Source of the DNA: Rozella allomycis CSF55
Taxonomy: Eukaryota
NCBI GenBank assembly: GCA_000442015.1
Contig: KE561068.1
Coordinates: 1-64,000, forward strand
DNA: 64,000 nucleotides
Direction: 5' to 3'
Part shown: in pieces, positions 54,176-64,000 of the stretch
How the letters are laid out: every line of letters starts with the position of its first letter
How positions within the stretch are numbered: position 1 is the first letter of the stretch
The notes under the pieces: model-generated
What the model saw: the letters and a program-made list of their open reading frames with translations, nothing else
Database searches by the model: none
Told to the model about the DNA's origin: nothing
Position numbers and translations under genes: made by a program

Positions 54176-55106
54176 TTATAATTCATCCTGCACATTTAAT
54201 TGGGATAGAGAATTCTGGATTGAAACCATCTGGTTCCCTCCTAACCCATACAGATACCCCATAAATTTTGAATCGTCAATAGCATTATCAAAATACGTCT
54301 GTCTCATCCGGAAGAAAACATCTGCCGTTAATAATGAATCAGATCCTGCTTGGTGTTGAATTCCCACTCTTTCAATTTGCAAGTCATCAGCAACATCTAA
54401 CAATCAACTCACTCAACTATCAGTACCCTGCAATCCTCCTTTAAGGCTCTTACAGCTCTTCATTAAAAATTTAATATCATATATGCATGGAAAAAATATA
54501 TTTAATCTTTCAAAAAACTCATTTTCACCATTTGGAAGCACATCGCAGGTCAAAATTTTCATAAAATATCCAAAATCATACCCACTGTGGAATGATATCC
54601 ATTTCACATTCGAATTCAGAATCATCCCACTGGTCATCATCCAATCTCCAAATTCTTCAACATCAATACCTTGGTTCTCAAGTCTCGAAAAATCTATCCC
54701 GCTTTTCGTCAAAAGTTCAATAGAATCTTGTGCATACATTTGATCACTATTTTAACACTAAATTATCATTACTTTAAACTAAATCTGAAATTAAACTGCC
54801 ATGAACAAACACCAGGCGGTGTGTTTCCGTTTTCATCACAAAGCGTGATCCCCAGTTGTATAATATTCAGCAAATCAACGTTGCATCTAAGAGTCTGGAA
54901 ATGATAGTCTGCAGAATTTTTGAAATTGCCCATTGGCCTTGCTACCACACCTTAATTTTTGAAGTGCAACAAAAAATACCTGGGAATTCAGTGTCCATTG
55001 CTATATAGTTGTAGGTATCTAATAAATTTCTTATATTTTCCATTTCCAACTCCAAGTTTGAAGCCCATACATCTCGTATCCGTGGATGCTGAATAGAAAT
55101 AAGCAT
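54176..55106 (-). CDS. CAF1: CCR4-NOT deadenylase Caf1/Pop2, 3 introns
   Basis: [39 protein letters not shown]. Confidence 0.97.
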
Positions 55107-55204
55107 TTGTGAAATTTCGATAATCCAAGACAATACAATTCTTATCGATATCTTATGCTAGTTTATAATTTTTATAAAGACAAGAAATAGATTTAGATGA
55201 TTTA

Positions 55205-56429
55205 TTATTGTGATTTTCCAATCTCAGCCTTGGCGGCCAAGTTTCTCTCTGCGCTGTATAAGACTCGGTCTAAAAATCCAGCTGCGGCGAAAATGCCTCC
55301 GACAATTGCACAGACTCTTGTTAAAAATGACGAAAAAGATCTAGACTGTTCTACATATATGATATTCATTGGCGATATATCAAAATTGAAAAATATGCCT
55401 ATTAAAGTTACATCTTAAGCTTACCGACTTTTTCCGATGGTCTTTTTGCGGTTGTTACAGCGAATTGATTCGTATGTACCTTTTTGCCGTTTGCGTATTC
55501 GATGTTTGTTGAAACCACGTTAATAAAGTACTGAAACATGTATTCTGTACTAGCGGCCTTTTCAGAATGATTATCAAGAGGATTTAGAACGAATGTTCCT
55601 TCAGGTTTACCAAAAGACAGCGAATTAATAGTATGGCTCAAATCATACGTCACATCACTAAATGGATTTAGGTCATGAATATGCATATCTTGATAATGGA
55701 AACTTAGACCGGGTGCGATGTGAAATTCAGCAGCAACCTTTTTAACCTCAAAGTAGCCTTCAATACGACAACCCTCACCTCTTTCGTTTTTTATGCGATC
55801 AGCATAGCCTTCTTCAACACACTATCTATTCGATATATAAATATTACTTGTGCGAATTTGGAAACATCCTTGGCGGACCAACCTCTGTTCTCGTATGCTC
55901 TGATTACCTCGTTACAGGTATTGCAACATTGATTGGGTTCAATTTCTGCATTGTAACATGAACCGCATTTTGCCTTTCCATCTTTTGTCTTAATGCTAGT
56001 TCCGTTGATGTTTATACCTATGTTTCAATTTACAATCTCTTACGAAAAGCCTCGGTAGATACAAGTTCACCATTTTTGGTAAGTCTATGTTTCTCAAGAG
56101 TATGTTTTATGTCATCTTTAAACTCCCCTGATGCATCCATAATATCAACCGAAAGCACTAACTAATAAGAATTTGTTTTTCACATTACAGAAACATGGCG
56201 CTTTTGGGAGTGTTATATTTAGATAAACCGGCATCAAATCTCTCCTCGATGTGTCAACATTTAATTGAGTATCGAAAGAAGTAGAAAAATATGACACACA
56301 CTCTGCAATGAACAGATAAATGATCAACACATAGCTGAAAACGGTTATTACACCACCTGTGCTTGTCTTGGTTTTAAAATCGTCTAGAGTTTTAGCATAT
56401 GCATCAAATTTTTGCAAGTTGGATAGCAT
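55205..56429 (-). CDS. ERV46: ER-Golgi vesicle protein Erv46/ERGIC3, 4 introns
   Basis: FDAYAKTLDDF, CGSCY, CCNTC, SHTINSLSFG, FQYFINVV, CAIVGG, ends EIGKSQ. Confidence 0.93.
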
Positions 56430-56483
56430 ATAAACAAACAAATAAAATTCAGAAAAATACTAAAACTGACTAACAATTTGAAT

Positions 56484-58249
56484 TTATGCAAGCACATTTC
56501 TCATCAGATAACTCTGTAATCTGTTGGAAGACTCGACCTTGATTTCTTCTAAAGCGTCTGGGAACTTTTGCAAGCAGGATACTAGGTTGTTTCTAGTAAG
56601 AACGTGTGCGACACAATCAGTCTTAGCTCTGACTGTCGCTATTCTGGGAAGATTATGAAGTATTCCAACCTCTCCGAAAAATGATCCTGTACCACTGGTA
56701 TCAATTATATCTCCAAACTCACTAATAATATCCGCCTCTCCGTGTGTTAAGAAGAACATTTCTTCTGCTTTTTGTCCACAATGCACAATATTTTCACCTT
56801 TCTTAAACTTTGTTGTAGTCATCACACTAGCAATGGCATTAAGGACTTCTCTGTCACACTTGGCAAATATTGCAACTTTGCTGAGATTTTGCTGGTTAAC
56901 TTCAAATTCAAATTCATTTTGAGGACTTGTGCGAAGTTTGAACAAGTTGTATCTTTCTTCTGCAGCAACTTTTAAATCATTTTCAATCTTTGGAAACTTC
57001 TTTGTTACTGTTTGCAAGTCATCTCTTGTAAGCTTTAGCAAAGTAACACTTCCTTTAGCTCTTACAGATGCTGAAAAATAAATTTAAATGCGCTATTACC
57101 TGTTCTTGTCGTCTTCAATAAAATTCCGACTTCTCCAAAGAAACTACCTTGGGTGATCGTCGCGTAAACACTTTTCAAATCATCACTGACAACCTCTACT
57201 GCACCGGTTAAGATCAGGTACATTTCATTAGCCATTTCACCTCGTTTAACTACTAATTGACCATCGTGATATATTTCGGGAAGCAACTTTCTTGACAGTT
57301 CATCTAAAAAGTCTGTGTCCGCATTTTCAAATAGCAGAATCTAATAAAAATAACTAAACTTAATCAACCTTATGTAAGTCCATTCTTCCAACATCTGCAA
57401 CAAATTCTCCGCCGAATTCTACTGCACTAGTGTCAAGAATATATTTCAGTTTTTGAAGCCATGCATTTCTATCAGTAGCAGCTTCTTTAATCCTCAGCAT
57501 CAAATCCGGATACTATGTAAACATGTAACAACAATTACTTTCTCCAATGAACGCTCCATTGCTTTTCTGGTTAACATTAATAGTGTGCACTCCTCAGACA
57601 TTACTTTAACAGTCGCAGTTCTTTTTTCATTGAATAAAACACCGATTTCCCCGAAGAACGAATCTTCCTCCAAAGTGGCTATCAAATCTCCATTGTCTTT
57701 GCAAACACCGACCTAGTTCCACTATCATCTGAATTTTACCGATCCACGAAAAATGAAAAACATTTCCATTGCTGCATCTCCCTTTTTGACGACAACGGAT
57801 TCTTTGACTTTGGTGATCTGGGCAAGATTTGAGGCAAGTTTTTCCAATGCCTCTTGAGGGAAATCTTGAAATAATGGAAACCGTGTGAAGGCCTCCAGTG
57901 CAACTGCCTTAAGCATTTCTTGGTTATTTAAAACCTTGACATCTGGAGGAATATCAACAAGTGGCCTCCTGACCGCCCTTGTAGTAGGCTGATCTCCCGC
58001 ACTTCTATTTACTAATGCCCGTATTTGATTTTCGTAATCCATGCAAAGCTTCCCGAGTAATTCTATTCTTTGCAATAATTGTTCCCGTGTCGCCAAAGTT
58101 AGGTCAAGTTTCGGCATATCATTCATTGATCTAGGCAACTGAGGAGAGGATGCATCAATTGAAGACGCTCTTGTACGTCTTCTTATTATTTCTCTAGGTG
58201 TGGCGCCTCCATTAGTCTTTCCGATATCAAAGTCATTGGATGAAGGCAT
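56484..58249 (-). CDS. soluble protein with four cyclic-nucleotide-binding domains, 4 introns
   Basis: Repeated G.AxEMF..., FFGE(I/V)G(I/V)L...RTA(T/S)V motifs; no TM segments seen. Confidence 0.85.
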
Positions 58250-58790
58250 TGGAAACAGAAACAGCGTTTCCAGGTCAAATATTCGAATATCTAATTGCTA
58301 GATTTTCTGATATAATATTTGGAATAAAAAAGCAATAAAAATTTAAAAATATGTCTTTTCGGCAACTCTGCTACTGCTAATGGTTGGTCGTTGGATATTA
58401 AACTTTCATATATACTAAAGTCTAAAGTTACTAAAAATATTAGATACTAAAGAAATAGATGGGATTTATATGAGGAGTTAAAAACAAAAGGGATAAGTGA
58501 TATAATAGATAGATAAAGTTATAAACCCAGTCAAGATTTCTTCCAGATTGATCAGATAAGATTAAACAAGTATTTTGATTTTCGCGTTTCATTTTACAAA
58601 ATAGAAATAAATTTACACCGATGAATATCTGTGCTAAATTAGATTTTGATAACATGCAATAATTATGGTGCCTAAGGTAAATTCAAGTGTCAAAGAACCC
58701 CATTCTTTTTTTATTACATCTTTCATTAATGCTCCCTCTTATCTTTGTATCGGGCATGGGTCATTAATGCTCAAATTTCCAAAATCACAT

Positions 58791-58806
58791 TTAGGAAATT
58801 TCCTAA
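58791..58806. promoter_or_regulatory. 16-bp palindrome TTAGGAAATTTCCTAA upstream of the ADP/ATP carrier
   Basis: Perfect palindrome with GAAATTTC core, 60 bp before the ATG at 58867. Confidence 0.5.
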
Positions 58807-58866
58807 TACGGGACGATAAATAGGGAAACCAGGGTTACACAATCTAGCAACCACCTTGTCCATCGA

Positions 58867-59907
58867 ATGTCTACAACAACCAAAGCCGACAAACCTGATC
58901 CAATCATGAGCTTTGCAAGAGATTTCCTTGCCGGAGGTATCTCTGCAGGAGTGAGCAAGACGATTGTAGCTCCGATCGAAAGAGTTAAAATTCTATTGCA
59001 ACTTCAAGATATCAGCAAGCAATTAAGCCCTGATAAGCGCTACAATGGAATCATGGATGTCATTAGAAGAGTCCCTAAGGAACAAGGAGTTTCTGCCTTC
59101 TGGTAACCACCGTTGATAAACAACAATAGGCGAGGAAATTTGGCCAACGTCATTCGTTACTTTCCAACACAAGCACTTAATTTCGCTTTCAAGGACAAAT
59201 ATAAGAAGCTCTTTAATCCATATAAGAAGGATAAGGAGTTTGGCAAATGGTTCGTCGGAAACTTGGCCGCCGGTGGTGCTGCAGGTAGTTAAAACTTTTT
59301 AAAGTAACTCAGGTGCCACATCTTTATTGTTTGTATATCCTTTGGACTTTGCTCGTACCCGTCTTGCTGCCGATGTCGGTAAAGGCGCCAACCGTGAGTT
59401 TAACGGTTTGGTAGATTGTCTTGGAAAGATATTTAAAGCTGTATGATAGATGCATTCAATTAATATAGGATGGTATGAAAGGATTGTACCAAGGATTTAA
59501 TGTATCTGTCGTTGGAATCATTGTATACAGAGCTTGCTACTTTGGTGGATACGATACCATGAAATCGTATTTGCCAAAAGATGCACCTCTTTGGCAAAAC
59601 TGGGTTGTTGCCCAAACTGTAACCACCTTGGCTGGGTTAGCATCTTATCCATTTGATACCATCCGTCGTCGTATGATGGTAAGTTTATATTTTCAGCCTT
59701 TAAAAGATGCAATCTGGCCGTGGTGAAGTTTTATACAAATCAACCATTGATTGTTGGAGAAAGACTGTTGTAACTGAAGGGCCAAAGGCATTGTTCAAAG
59801 GATCCTTGACTAACATTATTCGTGGATCTGGAGGTGCTTTGGTTTTAGTCTTTTATGAAGCCATTCAACGTTCCTTGGGAATTGAGGCATCTGGAAGCTC
59901 AGAATAA
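58867..59907 (+). CDS. AAC: mitochondrial ADP/ATP carrier, 4 introns
   Basis: [51 protein letters not shown] signature. Confidence 0.98.
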
Positions 59908-60018
59908 TTTGAAGTTGACCTTTAAATAAAAACTTGATACATTCATTGATTTTTTGATTTGATTCCAGATATTGCTATCCCTTTGAATTGATCTATTAAG
60001 AATTTCCGAAATTTCGTA

Positions 60019-60607
60019 ATGCCGTATAGTCGCCACATTCCCTCGACCCGTGAATACTCGAACAATTACATAAATGACGAGCATAGTGACAACAGCAATG
60101 AAAATTACTGTGAAAGCGAGGATGAGCTGTTTTCTAGAGATACATGGAGGTCGATTATTAATTTTTTCCCCAACGTCGACGAAGAGGAGGAAGGCAGCGA
60201 CGAGGAAGCTTCCAGTTCCGATGAGAGTGAAAGCCCGTTGCAAGACATTGCGCATTTATTAAGAGTGAACGATCGCCGCGACTATGGGATGCTCATGCAC
60301 AAGTTCCAGGTAACCAAAGCAATTAGGCTCTATAAAACAGGAGCTTCGACAAAGCCAAGATTCGCAATGGTTTGCAGATTTGATATCAACGTTAGAAGAT
60401 GCTATGGATTCCATTGAGAGAACCGAGGAGCGGCTTGACAAGAAGGTCGAGGAGATTATTAGAAAGAAGAGGGAATTGAAGGAACAGAAAGAGATTGTAG
60501 ACGGTTTGAGTAGAGAAATTAGGGATACTGGATATCCGTTATTTTCGGCTAGACCAAGGAAGAAAATTAAGAGGGAGCATTTAGATACGAAACTATTGAA
60601 TAGATAA
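60019..60607 (+). CDS. hypothetical acidic/coiled-coil protein, one 31-nt intron
   Basis: A GT-AG intron joins the ORF starting at 60019 to the coiled-coil ORF ending at 60607; GAAATTTC lies just before the ATG. Confidence 0.65.
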
Positions 60608-60849
60608 ATCAAAGTTTCTTTCCTTTATTAATAAATTAGTTGCCTAGTTTATTTTTCACCACTGTCACCAACTAGTTCATTGTTTACTGGTAATCCATTG
60701 GCTAGTTTGAATTCAATGCTACAACATATAATACATTTATGTAAAAATGGATGTAACTTTTCGATGGTATCAAAACCATCTTTTACAGTACTGTCGTTGT
60801 ATTCAAATATTACATCAAGAAAAATTTATTTAATTATTATAATCTGAAA

Positions 60850-63800
60850 TCACCAAAACGGACACCAACCAATATAGCACTGACACAAATTCTCCACCGC
60901 CGTCGCCTGCTGAATGAGCTTATCAACCTGCGCGTGTATATCCAGCGTAACACTAGTCTTAAAATCGCGACCTACATAACCACTACAACATCACCCAACC
61001 TGTAAGTTTATTCGACACTCTGGTAATAACAGCAACGGCTTTAGAATTCAAGACTTCGCCAAACGAGTCTTCATTCTGCAAATCACTTGATTTCTTGACC
61101 AGATCTTTTTTTGGCTCGTTATTTGATAGGATGCGCCAGTTGATTAGTGGATCGTAGACGAATGCTTCGAGGACGGCCATGAGACTGTCCTTGTTGGAGC
61201 GCAGGACTCGCATGACGTTTTCGCAGGTGATGCGGAAACTGCCTTCGATGCCACTGACCTAGCATGCATAAGATTAAAAGGGGTTACTTCCATTGCGTTT
61301 GAAAGCATGCGTGTTAATCTGAATGGAATCTTTTCAGGAAATTTGTCTCTGTGCATTGCAACTTCAAAGCAGTCGCCAAAGTCAATGTGGATTATTTTTC
61401 CAGAGATTCTGTCGAGCATTAAATTTGAAGGGTGTCGGTCGCCAAGCCCTGTTGAAATTACATGTAAATGGGATACCTAGAATGTAGCCGACCATTGACA
61501 TGACAGCCAGCGATCGCGTGTAATTTGTTCTTCTTTCAAGCCAAGCCTTGAAAATTATTACTGAATTAATTTACTTCAGAGTTTTTAGATTTGAGCCATA
61601 AAACGTTATACAAATCTTGACCATTAGTGTTATTCAAAGCGGTTTGGAACACTTCAATCTTTTGCAGCAATGTCAAATTATCATAATCGGGTGCCATCTA
61701 TTAATCAATGATCACTCTTATTACTTGGAGCATCATTCGGTGTTCAACATTCAACAACACTTTTCTTCCTTCTCTGTATTCCCTAATAAGTGCATGCAGC
61801 GTATCGCAATGAGGAACCCATCCTATTAAGAACAAACATCAATTAATACCTAGCAGCCCAGAGTTTTGAGAAAGAGGAATAGCAGGATACCTCTGAATGG
61901 ACAAATGCCGTTTAAACGTTTCAGGATCAGACGCCAAAATATTATTAACGAGCCCAAACAACTGCATAACTCGCTCATCCTGTCTCAAATCTTCGTGTCC
62001 TTTTAACAAGTATTGATATATTTTCCCATCAGTCCCTTTAATTGAACATTTACGCGGTCTCTGCTTTGAAGTAATAACAGTCAACGTTGGATGGAACATT
62101 TGGATTCTGATTATCTGTGAATTGGATTTATAAGTGCCTGGAACAGCCAATTCCAAATCTTTCGCGTTTAATAGTTTAGGTGAAATGTATTGTAGATCTA
62201 AACTAGTCATTTGAGATAGTTGCTTGGTGATTCTCTTAAACACGTGGTAATACAGATCCCATGCCATATTCAAATCATTAACGTTGTTTGATTTCTTGTA
62301 TTTTTTACACCAATCATTCGCTTCTTGTAAATCTCTTCCATACGCTTGCGTAAATGAAATCTCTCTCAACGTCTCTGCACCCCTTTCCATCATCAAATGC
62401 AGCGGTTCCAAAACACCAAGCATCCCTCATCTCCTATAAACTAAATGTTTACCTTCAATATTATGATCACTAAAGTACAATCTTGACGCTTCTTCCAACC
62501 CCTCATGCCAAACTTCCTGCCACAAAATAGCGACTCTAATCAGCTCTTGACTTACAAGCAAAACCTAAAACAAATCAACTAAAATCATACCTGCTCAACT
62601 AGATGTAACGAATGCGACTTCATCTTTTCAATAATAGCCAACGCCGACGTCTTTCTAGAATACGACGTAGATTTCGAAGCAACAGTCAGAGAATACACAA
62701 GCGCCTGCGGATGCTCCTTCCCAACATCATTCAACACACAATGAATCAATCTCCTAACCTGCGGCGTCGGCGCATGAATCCTCGCAATCAACTGCGGAAT
62801 AACTTGCAGCCAAGTGTCAATCCTCACCGAATTGAATCCCTAGCTGATCGCCATATTGACTTCAGGATGGTATCCGTATTTAAACATCAGCGTCAATAAC
62901 CTCAACGTATCTTGCAGCGAATTTTCAAATGACAGTGAAATCGATTTAAAGAATCCTTGCACAGCCGGCACTACAAATGAAACGATCGTTTGCTTGTTGC
63001 CCTGCCCACTCTTTTCCATATCAGACACAACCTATAATAACATTGTCAATTCATTACCTGGAAATTAGCCAACGCCCATGAATGCCACGCCTTGTACCAT
63101 TCAGGATTAAATCTAGTCGCCTCCAAAAACGCATGAATTATACTAGAATGCGAATCATCAGACAACAACGACTATTCACCCATACAACATTTAATTACTT
63201 TTTGGTATTGACCCAATTTATGGTAACATTTAGCCAACAATTTTGAATGCTCATTGATTGAAAATGTTTCTGAATTTGATTCTGAATTTTTCCTAATTTC
63301 CAAATCACCCGCCAAATTCAAAGTAAAATCGTACAAACTCTTCAATGTCTCCACCTTGTCTCTAGTCTCCCACGAATATTTCAAAAACGAATAAATTATC
63401 AGTGGCGGCGACTGGTCAAAAGAAATCAAATTCAATGGAATAGAATTCAGCAGCCCAGAGCCCAGTGATTTACTTGCTTTCAACGAAGAACCCTTCAACG
63501 AAGATTCTTTCAACGCCAACACTTTATCCACCTCGGCGTTTTTAAACACAAAATTGTTTTTAAACAAATCCAGAAATATTTTATTACAAATGCTAAACCT
63601 CCCAGCTTTCCTGCACAGATTAGCAAACTTTATCCACATTTCAATATTCTCTTCAGGCTCCATTACAAGCGATCGTATTTTTAAAATTCTCTGCCAAACT
63701 TCCACATTCCTTTGACAGCCACTCAATCTTTTCATCCAGCATTCTTTGATAATTGGCTGCTTTTCAGGATACTTTTTAAATGAAATAATCTCTTCCAACT

Positions 63801-64000
63801 CTACAATCATCTGAATTCTAACAAGAACACTTTAAATGAAACTTTATAATTAACTTTACTTGTAGGCTCTGTTGTAGCTTTCACCAATCAATGCAGTCAA
63901 TTCAGTATCCAGTAAATCCCTCGTCTTTTCAATCAAACCCTGCGCCAAACTAAAATCATTTTTATTCAACGCCGAAATAGCTCTAAAGAAAGATCCATCA
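60850..64000 (-). CDS. TOR: TOR kinase, 3' part (FAT-FRB-kinase-FATC), in-frame TAG at 62840-62842
   Basis: [56 protein letters not shown], ends YIGWCPFW. Confidence 0.97.

Noticed and set aside
62840-62842. Genome-wide TAG stop-codon reassignment
   Set aside because: No other in-frame TAG was seen in thousands of conserved codons (for example dynein), and TAG ends DUF1764 at its conserved C-terminus.

Overview
AT-rich, very gene-dense eukaryotic DNA. It holds about 35 protein genes, 4 tRNA genes and a candidate intronic box C/D snoRNA. Gene content mixes fungal markers (Pet127, ADP1-type ABC transporter, fungal-type calmodulin C-terminus) with a flagellar outer-arm dynein heavy chain, which suggests an early-diverging zoosporic fungus, plausibly Rozella/Cryptomycota (inference). 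The dominant signal is a micro-intron system. I traced roughly 110-120 introns by hand and nearly all are 26-32 nt. Two 27-nt introns can only be read as GT-TG. Two longer introns are two micro-introns joined at AG|GT with no exon between them (recursive-splicing-like). Several introns skip nearer AGs to use the acceptor at about 27 nt. Together this suggests 3' splice sites are chosen by distance. Other notable items: a catalytically degenerate Crypton-like tyrosine recombinase behind a heptamer array, a Uma2 nuclease with a C2H2 finger, a GAAATTTC palindromic element next to many start codons, and apparent lesions in TOR and dynein that may be assembly errors. All family calls come from motif recognition, not database searches.
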